Assembly: GCA_950097015.1 (NCBI GenBank)
Contig: CATNEN010000028.1
Location: 620,001-684,000 of the forward strand
Direction of reading: 5' to 3'
Source of the DNA: Macrostomum hystrix
Taxonomy: Eukaryota; Animalia; Platyhelminthes
Length of the DNA stretch: 64,000 bases
Below are positions 33,483 to 46,600 of the stretch, piece by piece. A model generated the notes under the pieces. It searched no databases. It saw nothing but the letters and a program-made list of their open reading frames with translations, and was not told where the DNA came from. Within the stretch, counting starts at the first letter, position 1. Each line of letters begins with the position of its first letter. The position numbers and the translations under genes were made by a program.

Positions 33483-33749
33483 CTACTTATAGTAGCCCGG
33501 CTGGCCGCGCATCTCGTCCTCGGAGACTAGCGGCTTGCAGCCGGGCCTGAGCTCGATGCAGTGCTCATTGTTCATGAGCCAGATCAGCTTGTAATAGATG
33601 GCGGAAGCGGGCAGTGACCTGGCCGATCTTGAGAACTCTGTCGAGTCGCGCTCGCTCCCGGCCGCGGAGCTGCCGGCGCCACCAGTTGAAGCCGCGGAGC
33701 CCAGAGCGGAGATGACAGCCAACACGATCAGGTAGTTGACAGCGTGCAT
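33483..33749 (-). CDS. Putative 88-aa secreted prepropeptide
   Basis: Hydrophobic N-terminus (MHAVNYLIVLAVISALGSAAS), Gly/Ser spacer, RSAR furin-type site and a 44-aa C-terminal peptide with two Cys. GC-rich exon-like composition; AATAAA on the minus strand at about 33217-33227. Confidence 0.55.
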   Translation of the reverse strand: MHAVNYLIVLAVISALGSAASTGGAGSSAAGSERDSTEFSRSARSLPASAIYYKLIWLMNNEHCIELRPGCKPLVSEDEMRGQPGYYK

Positions 33750-34484
33750 TTTTCCTTTTCTAATATTGGAATTCTCGATTGGCTTGGCTTATTTTTTAGC
33801 AAGCTGCCGGGGTAACGCAAAGTGTGTCCTTTAGGCGTCTGCTCGGTGTGAATTATATGCTCAACATCTGGGGTGGGGGGATGGCTCAGCCGGATTGGTC
33901 TGAAATCAAGGACGCGGTCAACTTGGAAATCTTCTGACAAATCAAGGATGAAGGCGAGGAGGGAATTTTTCCTAGCACCGATCTTTCATTAGGAAAGCGT
34001 CTGATTTCCAACAAACCGAATTGCCTCAGTCTTCAAAGCAAAGAGCCCGTCTTAAACTCTGGAGTCCTAAATAGGAGTAGAAAAAAATAGGCACATATTT
34101 GACTGCCACCCAATGAAGCGATGATGCGGAAAGTATTTAGAATTTTTTCATTTTAATGATTAGTTGAAGATGACTTTGATGTGTTCTATGTGTTAAATTT
34201 TGATTCAACACCTGTTTTAGACTTTTTTTTATCGATTCAGCATCTCAGAGTTGATAAATATTTTGTCTAATGACAGTCAGAAATGCTTTACTGAGATGTG
34301 ATTAACAGATAATGCAGAGTGATTCGGCCTCCACAATCGCTGAAGGACGTTAATTGCGAATCTTAAGCTGAGACAGATAAATAAGAAATTAAGGTGAAAA
34401 TAATATCTCAATGACAATTTGCCCAGCCGAATTTTAGCCTGTGACTCTTGTTGCGATTCTAAAACGGCTTTAGTTGCTATTCTA

Positions 34485-35731
34485 GTATAGCTTTTTGCGT
34501 TCAATTTTGGACAGCGGGCTTTCAATTTCGGCAAGGGTCTATGTGTCAGTCTCCCATCCCCTCCCATTGGTGTCTATGGCCAGAAAATGCACAGACGGGC
34601 TTTCAAATTCGACAGCGGGCAATCAATTTCGGCATGCAACCGGATTGACTGGAACTTCTTTCTTACTGGAAATCCTCAGCTCGTGGCAGCTGTCTATGGT
34701 AGAAGCAGCTTCTGCTTCTACCATTTGTTGGCTTGACTGCTCGCTAATTTGACAGAGATCACAGAGGGAGAAAGTTTAGCAACACTGAGTCTTCTCTGTT
34801 AAAATCTAACAGTTTAACATGGAGCATCGGCAGTATGCAACGATATCCAGAGACAAAAGAGATCTTGTCATCCAGGCTTGGCAGCGCGGAGAACCGCTGG
34901 AATACTTCGAGTGCGAGGAAAGGCAGTTCTCAGATTGGTGCACACTCAGAAGAGCCCTGGACTCAACCTCATTCTGGCAACTTCTCCTACTATCGGCTTG
35001 GTGGAGTATGGCCTTGAGATCGGTTCTGTGAACCGTGAGCGCGTGCAGATTTTGGTCCCTCGAATCTGCCAGAGCGTTGCTGCTCATCTGCCAGAGGCCA
35101 TCAGTGTGTGATTCTGCTGGATGGGGCTCGGTTTCACCAGGGGCTGGAATTTGAAGGTCGCATCAGCTTCCGCACCTTGCCGCCATACTCACCATTCCTG
35201 AACCCAGTGGAGCTGGCACACAGTGCGTTCAAGGCTGCAGTGAAGCGCCAACTGAGTCAGCCAGTTGTTCTGCAGGAATTTGCTCTTATTCCGGAGGACA
35301 TGAGCGCTAGGGACTGGAGGATAATGGTGTTGCAGCGCTGTGGTGTTGAGGCAATCGATGCCATCACCCAGCAGAAGTGCGGTGCTTGGTTTCAGCACAC
35401 CTGCGATTCATCCCTCCATACTTGGCTAGAGAAAACATTTTGGTATAAATGTTGACTATCTTCGTCTTTGTGGTCCGACTTGTTTCACACGTTCGCGACT
35501 CTATCGTAGTGTCCCAGTTTGCATTGAATTCATTCAACAAAATGTTCGCGTTTAGTTCAAATGTTTGCTCAAGTGGACTAATGCCGAAATTGATTGCCCG
35601 CTGTCGAATTTGAAAGCCCGTCTGTGCATTTTCTGGCCATAGACACCAATGGGAGGGGAAGGGAGACTGACACATAGACCCTTGCCGAAATTGAAAGCCC
35701 GCTGTCCAAAATTGAACGCAAAAAGCTATAG
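34485..35731 (+). mobile_element. Internally deleted IS630/Tc1-like DNA transposon (1247 bp) with about 150-bp TIRs and TA TSD
   Basis: Left TIR 34485-34635 is the reverse complement of 35581-35731 (terminal base mismatched); TA at 34483-84 and 35732-33. ORF remnants MEHRQYATISRDKRDLVIQAWQRGE (HTH-like) and LLDGARFH...LPPYSPFLNPVELAHSAFKAAVKR (DDE end). Confidence 0.88.
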
Positions 35732-36690
35732 TAGTTTCTTGCTGCGATTCTAGTACCAGTTTCTTGTTGTGATTCTAGTTTCTTGCTGCGATTCTAGTTT
35801 CTTGCTGCGATTCTAGTACCAGTTTCTTGCTGTGATTCTAGTTTCTTGCTGCGATTCTAGTACCAGTTTCTTGCTGCGATTCTAGTACCAGTTTCTTGCT
35901 GTGATTCTAGTTTCTTGCTGCGATTCTAGTACCAGTTTCTTGCTGCGATTCTAGTTTCTTGCTGCGATTCTAGTTTCTTGCTGCGATTCTAGTTTCTTGC
36001 TTCGATTCCAGTTTCTTGCTTCGATTTTAGTTTCTTGCTTCGATTCCAGTTTCTTGCTGCGATTCTAGTTCCAGTTTCTGGCGGCGATTCCAGTTTCTTG
36101 CTTCGACTCTAGTTTCTTGCTTCGATTCTAGTTTCTTGCTTCGATTCCAGTTTCTTGCTTCGATTCCAGTTTCTTGCTGCGATTCTAGTAATTGTTTTTT
36201 GCCTGGATTTTAGTAATGGTTTCTTTCTGCGATTCTAGTACCAGTTTCTTGCTGCGATTCTAGTACCAGTTTCTTGCTGTGATTCTAGTTTCTTGCTGCG
36301 ATTCTAGTACCAGTTTCTTGCTGCGATTCTAGTTTCTTGCTGCGATTCTAGTTTCTTGCTGCGATTCTAGTTTCTTGCTTCGATTCCAGTTTCTTGCTTC
36401 GATTTTAGTTTCTTGCTTCGATTCCAGTTTCTTGCTGCGATTCTAGTTCCAGTTTCTGGCGGCGATTCCAGTTTCTTGCTTCGACTCTAGTTTCTTGCTT
36501 CGATTCTAGTTTCTTGCTTCGATTCCAGTTTCTTGCTTCGATTCCAGTTTCTTGCTGCGATTCTAGTAATTGTTTTTTGCCTGGATTTTAGTAATGGTTT
36601 CTTTCTGCGATTCTACCAACGGCCTCTGGTGCGATTCTAATAACGAGTTTTGTTGCGATTCTTTCTGCTGCGATTTCTGCTACGATTCTG
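35732..36690. repeat. 19/26-bp minisatellite (tagtttcttgctgcgattc[tagtacc]) with a 378-bp higher-order duplication
   Basis: Direct periodicity; diagnostic variants recur at 36071/36449 and 36188/36566. Confidence 0.92.
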
Positions 36691-37883
36691 ACCGTGAGAA
36701 CTTAAACACTTTCGACCAAGAATGTAGAATGGCTTTCAAAACGTGGTTTGTCGCGTTTACTGAATGACATGAACAATACATGCTGATAGAAAAGTTAGGG
36801 GGGCAAAAGTCCAAGTCAATTCTCGTTGTCTCTCCTCTTGTCTTTGACTTGTAATAAAAAAAGTCATTAACAATTTCCGGAGACATCTCGCTTCGAAATA
36901 CAGTTTTTGGTTTAATGCATTGAGCACAAGGCTCGCTCTCGACTCACTCTATTACGAGCCGCTGAAACCATTGTTCTTTGCATTTTTTCTGTGAAAAAGA
37001 GGCCGTTCCAAAAGTTGCACTATCTCTCTGGATAGACCAACTTTATCATTTTTGGCAAGCTTTTTGCTTTTTGCTGTTCTGTAATACAAAAAATACGGTT
37101 CTATACTCGATCAGCCGTGACTTTGCGTCATTGCAAATAAGCGCACAATGGCTTTTGCGGGTCTAAAAATAGAAAACGCCAAATCTTTATTCACTAGCAC
37201 GTGATCGAGGTTCTCGCTAAAAGCTAAGCATCTAATGGTTACCAGACCATTAGTCTCATGATTTCTAATTTGTTTCAATATAGATGAGATTAAGCTGTTT
37301 GCTGTGGAAACCATGCAGCCTTGAATCCATGGCAATAAAGTGCTAATGACTGAATCCGTTCAGGGGCTCAAGAGCACGCAAAGTGAAATTCATGGTAGTC
37401 AGGAGTAGCTTTCCTCATTCAGCAGTAAAAATTAAATGTAAAACAATGGCTGCATGCGAGCAAACTGTTAAATGGTAGATTTATGCTAGGCTTCCGAGTG
37501 CGTAACCATAGACTATTTACGCACTAGGAAGCCTAGCATAAGTGCATTGATTTATGACCAAGTGCGTGTGCGCAAGACCAGCTCCTTCGGCCCATAGACA
37601 ATACCCGTCTGGGATTTACTGCATAGTAGCTCAGAAGAGGGATGGCACGGAGATCAAGTGAGGCATCATTTACCGCACAGTTGCGGAATTTACTGCACAC
37701 TTCAATCTATTTCTTTGATGGCCTTTGGGCCATAAACTATACACGAGCTTGAGACGTTTACGCACACTTGGTTATATGTCAATGGAATTGCATGGTAAAC
37801 TTAACATGTAGAAGTTAAACGAATGGCATGCGTTCAAGTGTTTACTACGAGTATACAAGCGAAGCGAGTTAACCAGCTTTCTA

Positions 37884-38659
37884 CGAGGGGTGTTGCAAAA
37901 GTTTCCGGACTAATGCTAATCCTGGTGACAACTCGTGTTTGATTTGGCTGAGAATTTATGTCTATGGTATTCAGCCGTAGAAAAGATTTTTCCTTAATTT
38001 TATGCAGCTTAGTCAACCACAGCATACATGAGGGCCAAAATAGGTTGCAACCCTTTGAAGCTGTTGACACGATTTTTCACAAACCAAAACTGAGCGAAAA
38101 TGAGTCGACCGAAGAATCCATCGGAGTTCGGGTCTAAGGAAAGCCAGCGCCACTTTATCATGAGATGCCAACGACAGGGCAAAACAGCCGATTTCCGATT
38201 TCCACCGATTTTCGCCTCTTTGGCCCAATGAAGATGCCAATGCGGGGCGAGATCTTCACAACGCGCGGGAAGGTCATCGAAGCAGCCAACAAGTCTCTAC
38301 GTCAGTTCGATGCCAGCTTCTGGGGGTCTGGCTTCGACAAGCTGATTGAGCGCTACCGAAAATGCATCTCCGTAAATGGCGAATACGTGGAGCGGGCCAG
38401 CAATCAACCTGTGGACGCATCCGGCGATAGAAGCGACAGTGACAGTGATTGGTAGCTGTAACTGGGAAATCGTATTTCATGACTATAATAATCTAGTGTA
38501 CAATCGCTTATTACTTTGGACTATCAACTCCAAACTTTCTGAAACTTTATAATATTATGAAATACAGTTGCCTGTTCATCTGTTTAAATTTTTTGCTGAA
38601 TCAGACTAAAATTATCCCCATGACGAGCATTAGTCCGGAAACTTTTGCAACACCCCTTG
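37884..38659 (+). mobile_element. Non-autonomous mariner element (776 bp) with 34-bp TIRs and TA TSD
   Basis: TA|CGAGGGGTGTTGCAAAAGTTTCCGGACTAATGCT...AGCATTAGTCCGGAAACTTTTGCAACACCCCTTG|TA (one mismatch). ORF remnant TDFRLFGPMK..RGEIF....WGSGFDKLIERYRKCISVNGEYVE is a mariner transposase C-terminus. Confidence 0.9.
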
Positions 38660-38859
38660 TATATTTAGCTACCAGCGACCCCGGTTATAGGAACCTAAAT
38701 TTCTTAGCACTGCGACCACTTTTTTATCATAGCTTGTCGGAGGATGGGAAGCTTCCGAGTCCAGGAAGCATGCTGGCCGTTCGATCGTAAAGATTGCATT
38801 GGTATAGCGTGCTCTAACAGTTCGCTTACATTAATTGTGCTACCATTTATATAGAATCT

Positions 38860-39410
38860 GGACGCACGCTTTGAGTGTACGGTTTGACGCACGCTTTTAG
38901 TGTATGGTTTGACGCACGCTTTGAGTGTATGGTTTGACGCACGCTTTGAGTGTATGGTTTGAGGCACGCTTTTAGTGTATGGTTTGAGGCACGCTTTGAG
39001 TGTATGGTTTGAGGCACGCTTTGAGTGTACGGTTTGACGCACGCTTTGAGTGTACGGTTTGACGCACGCTTTGAGTGTATGGTTTGACGCACGCTTTGAG
39101 TGTACGGTTTGACGCACGCTTTGAGTGTACGGTTTGACGCACGCTTTGAGTGTACGGTTTGACGCACGCTTTGAGCGTATGGTTTGACGCACGCTTTGAG
39201 TGTATGGTTTGACGCACGCTTTGAGTGTACGGTTTGACGCACGCTTTGAGTGTATGGTTTGACGCACGCTTTGAGTGTACGGGTTGACGCACGCTTTGAG
39301 TGTATGGTTTGACGCACGCTTTGAGTGTACGGTTTGACGCACGCTTTGAGTGTACGGTTTGACGCACGCTTTGAGTGTATGGTTTGACGCACGCTTTGAG
39401 TGTATGGTTC
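38860..39410. repeat. 25-bp minisatellite (ggtttgacgcacgctttgagtgta[c/t]), about 22 copies
   Basis: Direct periodicity. Confidence 0.95.
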
Positions 39411-40059
39411 ATAGAAACTTCAGAGGCTAATGTGTTTTAGTTCTTTAAGTATATAATAGAGCATTGTGTCCTTAGATAAATTCTCTTTATGCGTCCGATT
39501 TTTTGTCCAATTTTTTGACAAAAATTTGAGTTCAAATTTTCAGTAGAAGCAGCAATTTAAGGATTTTAAGGTAATAATTTGTTACAAAATAGTGCGACAC
39601 GAAAAGTTTACTATAGATCAGAGAGGCAATGCAGAAAAGCAAAACAGAAAAGAGAATAGGAATCGTTCTGATCCTCAAAGAGCCTTAAGACTGACTGTAC
39701 TGCGTCAGCAGGACTGATTGGGATAATCTATGCAGCCCAGACCAGGTGCTGCCTTAATCTATTAGTCAATAAGAGCCTCGGAGGTCCCATTGTCTCTAAC
39801 GCGTGGAGCCCAAACAGCTTGGTTGGTCCATTCCATGATCTGGCAGCAACAGCAGCTGAAAGGAATTAGTTTGTCTCAATATAGAAAATATTCCGAATTT
39901 TCTTAGCCGTCAAGCGCTGCTTTGAAGAAGTAAAAGCAAACTGTACGGAAACTACATCCGCTGCACAGCTAACTGTTTTCTTCCTTCGTAGGTAAAATAC
40001 ATTTTCAATTATCTATTTAACTTTTAGCATAAATACTTCATAGGTAGAGTAGAAGCATG

Positions 40060-40580
40060 GGACGGATGAGACTAGAACGATGGGACGGATGAGACTAGAA
40101 CAATCGGACAGATGAGACTAGAGCAATGGGACAGATGAGACTAGAACAATCGGACAGATGGGACTAGAACAATCGGACAGATGAGACCAGAACAATGGGA
40201 CGGATGAGACTAGAGCAATCGGACAGATGAGACTAGAGCAATCGGACAGATGAGACTAGAGCAATGAGACGGATGAGATTAAACGAATGGGATAGATGAG
40301 ACTAGAAAAATGGAACAGATGAGACTAGAACAATGGGACAGATGAGACTAGAACAATGGGACAGATGAGACTAGAACAATGGGATGGATGAGACCAGAAC
40401 AATCGGACAGATGAGACCAGAATAATGGGACGGATGAGATTAAAAGAATGGGACAGATGAGACTAGAACAATGGGACAGATGAGACTAGAACAATGGGAT
40501 GGATGAGACCAGAACAATGGGACAGATGAGACTAGTACAATCGGACAGATGATACTAGAACAATGGGACAGATGAGACAC
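40060..40580. repeat. 23-bp minisatellite (atgggacagatgagactagaaca), about 22 copies, upstream of the Cys-rich gene (possible 5'UTR intron about 39991-40620)
   Basis: Direct periodicity; candidate donor AG|GTAAAA at 39991 and acceptor tttctgcag at about 40619. Confidence 0.9.
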
Positions 40581-40677
40581 AGATAAGTAACGCAGAACCA
40601 AATATTCAACTTTCTGCAGCAGTTACACCACATAGCGACAGAATCGGAGCAGTCAGGAACAAGTCAAGCTCTGGCCG

Positions 40678-43600
40678 ATGGCTTTGGCCGTGTCTTTCGT
40701 TGTCTGTGCCGTCATTGCCTGCCTGCTGGGTGGCCCCACCAATGGCGCCTCGATTAAGTGCACCTTCGGAGGCGTGCAAATACCTGTAAATGACACCTAC
40801 ACTTACCTGCAGGGCTGTCATGAGATAACGTGCGTCTGCGATCCTAACTTGCAGCAGATGTGCAAGGGCGTGCCTAGTAAGTGCCACAAGGCTAATTTGC
40901 CATTAGAAATTCAAGTGGAAAGGATTAGCGATCAATTTGCGATTGTGGCCGCGTATTTTGCCTAAAGCTGCGCTCGTTTATTACGGATATTTGTAGGGTC
41001 TGAGGGGCACATTCAGAGACTGAGGGATGGTGGACACATTCAGAGACTGGGGGATGGTGTGGACACATTCAAAGACTGAGGGATGGTGGACACATTCAGA
41101 GACTGAGGGATGGTGGACACAATTCATAGACTGAGGGATGGTGGACACAATTCAGAGACTGAGGGATGGTGGACACAATTCAGAGACTAAGGGATGGTGG
41201 ACACATTCAGAGACTGAGGGATGGTGGACACAATTCAGAGACTGAGGGATGGACACATTCAGAGACTGAGGGATGGTGGACACATTCAGAGACTGGGGGA
41301 TGGTGGACACAATTCAGAGACTGAGGGATGGTGGACACATTCAGAGACTGAGGGATGGTGGACACATTCAGAGACTGAGGGATGGTGGACACAATTCAGA
41401 GACTAAGGGATGGTGGACACAATTCAGAGACTGAGGGATGGTGGACACATTCAGAGACTGGGGGATGGTGGACACAATTCAGAGACTGAGGGATGGTGGA
41501 CACATTCAGAGACTGAGGGATGGTGGACACATTCAGAGACTGGGGGATGGTGGACACAATTCAGAGACTGAGGGATGGTGGACACATTCAGAGACTGAGG
41601 GATGGTGGACACATTCAGAGACTGGGGGATGGTGGACACAATTCAGAGACTGAGGGATGGTGGACACAATTCAGAGACTGAAAGATGCTGGACAAAATAC
41701 AGAGACAGAAAATTCAGAGACTGAGGGATGGTGGACACAATTCAGGGACTAAGAATTCAAAGACTGAGGGATGGTGGATACAATTCAGAGACTGAGAATT
41801 CTGAGACTGACAGATGTTGGACGCTTTCAGAGACAGAGAATTCTGAGACTGAGGGATGGTGGACGCTTTCAGAGACAGAGAATTCTGAGACTGAGGGATG
41901 GTGGACTCATTCAGAGACAGAGGGATGGTGGACACATTCAGAGACTGAGAGATGGTGGACACAATTCAGGGACTAAGAATTCAAAGACTGAGGGATGGTG
42001 GACACAATTCAGGGACTAAGAATTCAGAGACTGAGGTATGGTGGACACAATTCAGGGACTAAGAATTCAAAGACTGAGGGATGGTGGACACTTTCATAGA
42101 CTGAGGGATGGTGGACACATTCAGAGACTGAGAATTCTGAGACTGACGGATGTTGGACGCTTTCAGAGACTGAGAATTCTGAGACTGAGGGATGGTGGAC
42201 ACATTCAGAGACTGGGAATTCTGAGACTGACGGATGTTGGACGCTTTCAGAGACCGAGAATTCTGAGACTGAGGGATGGTGGACACATTCAGAGACTGAG
42301 GGTAGGTGGACACATTCAGAGACTGGGAATTCTGAGACTGACGGATGTTGGACGCTTTCAGAGACCGAGAATTCTGAGACTGAGGGATGGTGGACACATT
42401 CAGAGACTGAGGGTAGGTGGACACATTCAGAGACTGGGAATTCTGAGACTGACGGATGTTGGACGCTTTCAGAGACCGAGAATTCTGAGACTGAGGGATG
42501 GTGGACACATTGGAGAGACGAGACACAGCAGAGACGAGAAACGGCAGAGATGAAGCTGGATGGGGGGCTGGTCAGGCTAGGGCTGTTTTTGAGCTTTGCG
42601 GTCCCGCAATAGCCGAAGTTCGCAGACCCACTGATCTATTATTCCGATAACTAAAGGTCAGTACTCGATTAAAAACCGTTGGCAATCTCTAAAAGAATCA
42701 CTAATTTTAGGGGTAGCTGTTATCATCATCTCACCATCTCTCCATCTTGCTTTGTCATCCCATCTGTAAAGCTAGGATAAATCATTTATCCTGTCTTCAA
42801 ATATATTTTTAGCAGCAGAAATTGCACCGACGTCAGCCAGGGCATTATAATTGTTAATCTGAGCTGAGCTCCAGAGCTAGCATCTTGCCTCTGATCCGAT
42901 AATCTATAATCATTTTTTAATCTGAAACCACACGACCGGGTCTCAGTCACCGAAGCAGGCAGACAGGTCATGAAATGATCTAATGTATTTTTCAGCGTCC
43001 TAAAGTGTCAACACTAGTAGAGCAGATAAGGATGCAAAGAATGCTGAGTAGATGTCAGAAGACAACAAGATGGCGGTTTCAGACATCAGTATTATGCTTC
43101 TAGTCCGAACACTAGATTACAGTTACTAGATTACTAGTTACTAGATTACTAGATTACTAGTTACTAGATTACTTGTTACTAGATTACTAGATTACTAGTT
43201 ACTAGATTACTTGTTACTAGATTACTAGATTACTAGTTACTAGATTACTAGTTACTAGATTACTAGTTACTAGATTACTAGTTACTAGATTACTAGTTAC
43301 TTTACTAGATTACTAGTTACTAGATTACTAGTTACTTTACTAGATTACTAGTTACTAGATTACTAGTTACTTTACTAGATTACTAGTTACTAGATTACTA
43401 GTTACTAGATTACTAGTTACTAGATTCCTAGTATTATGCTTCCCTGACTTTTTTATTGTCAGACAGTGGTATACACTCACTGTGCATTGGGGTGTTATGC
43501 CCCTCACCTAAATTAAAAAGCCGTGGATTCGAGCTCAGGGGCCTTGGTGTTACAGAAAGCGCGCCACGGCAATTACGAAAACTACGACAATGACAACCTG

Positions 43601-46600
43601 GGTTAAGTGTATTATTTTTATTTTTCCACACGCTATATTTAGAGGACAAGTATGATAGAGATTCAAGGGGTGTATCATGCAGCGAATCGATCGCCAATTC
43701 ACCTCAACTCCAATTTATCCAGAGGGATGCCTGCATCCGCTCGGCACATGTGTCGACGAGAACGCTCGCTACGAAATGAACAGCACCCGCGGGGTCCACG
43801 AATGCATCTGCCGGCGCGAGATGGACGGCAAGAGCCTGGTTGGCACCGAGTGCACCATCAGTGAGTGACAGCCTTTCTTATTGTTGGACAGCAAATACAA
43901 GCGATGAATTGTTGCTGAATATTAGCTTAGACCCAAGAGCAAGAAGGTCCAGGTCAGGCAATGAAATGATTTTAACCGAGCCCAATGAGATAAAAACTCA
44001 GGGGAAAAATCCAGCTTTGAATATACTTTTCAGTGCAGAAATTAATACTCTTTGTTGATAGTGTTGATAGAGTTAGATGAGAATTACTCTTACAACTTAC
44101 AACCTTAACCTTAAGAATAATTGGACATCTTGTCTCCCCCCCCAGAACGCTGTCTCGACGTAGACGGTACGTACAAGAATGTGGGCGAACGCGTCGCGGT
44201 GTCTCTCAGCGGCAGGCTGTTCGAGTGCACCTGCGGCGGCCGCATGGACTACTGCAACTGCTCCACCATGGAGTCGATACGCAACGCTGATAAGTGCCTA
44301 GACGTGAAAGGGCATTACGCCCAGACCGGTCAGAGAGTGATCACACAAGGAAAAAATGGTGAATTCTTAATTTGCACCTGTCGCGGCGCAGCTGGCTACG
44401 ATGATTGCATGACTCAAGCAGAGTATGATCATCAGGATATGTGTCAAGGCAAGGATCGGCAGTGGGTGTCCAAAGGCAGTCAGGTCCGCGTTGAATATCA
44501 GGGCGACGAATATATCTGTCGCTGTAATGGTACAAACAAGCACGCGGCTTGCCGCCTTGTTGAGGAAACTGCAGAGAAGTACCGAGGGCGTTGCAAAGAC
44601 TATCTCGGCAGGCTTGTCAAGGCTGGCAGCTATGTTTGGGTGCAGCGCGGCGGCGCGGTGTTCGTCTGCCGCTGCACTGGCACAGATTTGCACGAGGGCT
44701 GCTTAACCGAGCAGGCCTTTTCGCACAAAGACGACTGCATTGACATGAGCGGCGGATACGTGCAGCGCGGTCGCAGGGTGCGAATTCTTAATAACGATAA
44801 CGTGATCGTGTGCACCTGCCAAGGCTCATCCGGCTACTCAGACTGCCAGTCCGTGCAGGAATACAGTACTCGCAATCAGTGCAAAGGCGCCGATGGCAAG
44901 TTTGTATCAAAGGGAGCCAAGGTGCGAATCATCAGCGAGGGTGTTGGCTACGTGTGCGACTGCGCCGGAGCTGCCGGCTACGAAAGCTGCTTGACAGAGG
45001 AGGCTTACTTGAATCGAGGAAAGTGCAAGGACGCCAATGGGCAGTATGTTGATAGAGGCAATGAAGTTGTTGTGTTTCACAACGGCATCCTTTATCAGTG
45101 CACATGCACAGGAACAAATCGTTACAAAAAGTGCAAGGACTACAATGCTGTTGTTAATGCAGACAAGTGCAAGAATTTCAATAACACTTATGTGGAAGCA
45201 GGGCAGATCGTGGTCATCAAGAGCTCCACAAACACCACTTTTTACTGCGAGTGCATGGGCAATCAGGGCTACAAAAACTGTTTGACCAAGGAAATCTTCG
45301 ATAATATCAATAAATGTCAGGGCTCGAATGGCTCCTACGTTGATATCGGTGAATTTGTGGAGTATGTAGTGTCAGGCAATACATACGTTTGCGAGTGCAA
45401 CGGAACAAACAAGTACAAAGACTGTCTGTCGAAGGAGGCCTTCCTGAATCGCAACCGATGCCGAGATATTGACGGAAAGTACGTAGGTCGCGGTGAGGCT
45501 GTCCGAGTTTTGTCTGGGACAGAAGTCTACGTCTGCCAATGCTACGGAAGCGATGGTATTGCTGGATGCATGACAAACGACACCTACTACCATCGCAACA
45601 TGTGCAAAGATCTGGAGGGAAACTATGTTTCTAAGGGGGAGAAAGTTTCCATCCAGCAACAAGACATCATCTACGTCTGTGACTGCATCGGAAATAATAC
45701 GCACAAAAACTGCAAAACCCTCGAGACATATCAAAACGAAGGCCGTTGCAGAGGTCACAACGGAACGTACGCTGAAATAGGCGAGCCTGTTGTTGTTAAA
45801 CACCAAAGATACTTATTTGTGTGCATTTGCAATGGCACTAGTACTTACATTCAGTGCATGCATGAAGAGGTATGGAACAACAAAAACAAATGCAAAGACA
45901 TAGACAAAGGCTACGTCAGTGAAAACGAACTTGTCAAACATCGAGTGAACAATGTCATCTTTGTTTGCCATTGTAAAGGAGCTAACAAGTATGCTAACTG
46001 CGTCACTCAGGACGTATTTGACAACCGTGGCAAATGTCGCGATAGTGACAGAGGCTTCATAGCTCCGGGCAAGAAGGTGCGCGTTCGTCACGGTAAGAGA
46101 CGTTACGTCTGCGACTGCGAAGGAGAGAATCGCTACACCCAATGCGTCTCGGAGAAGCAGTTTGAAAATAGAGAAAAATGTCTGGGAAGTGATGGTGCTT
46201 ATGTCATGCGCGATGAGAAGGTTAAGGTCGAGGTTGAACAAGAATATTATATATGTGTCTGCAAAGGGTCAATGGGATATAGCGACTGTGTGACGGAGGA
46301 GTCTCTAAAACATAAAGATCAGTGCAAAGACGCTGTCAGTAAGGAGTATAGGAACCGAGGCGAGAAGGTGAGAGTGCGTTGTGAGAAGCAGAACATTATT
46401 TTCGTGTGTGATTGTGCTGGCACAAATAGATACAAAGGATGTGTCACAGAGCAAAGCATAAAAAACCAAGGAAAGTGCAAGGATAAAAATGGTACCTACA
46501 TACGAACGGGACAGCTTGTTCGGCACGTAGTATCTGATACCGTGTACATTTGCAGGTGTGGAGGCACGAACCGATACTTGGACTGTATGACAGAGTTAGA

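Noticed and set aside
38704-39412. Three overlapping minus-strand ORFs (HSKRASNHTLKACVKPYTQSVRQT)n
   Set aside because: Artefact of a stop-free 25-bp repeat cycling through all frames.
41207-42553. Multiple short ORFs in the 27-bp array
   Set aside because: They lie inside intron 1 of the Cys-rich gene and are repeat-derived.
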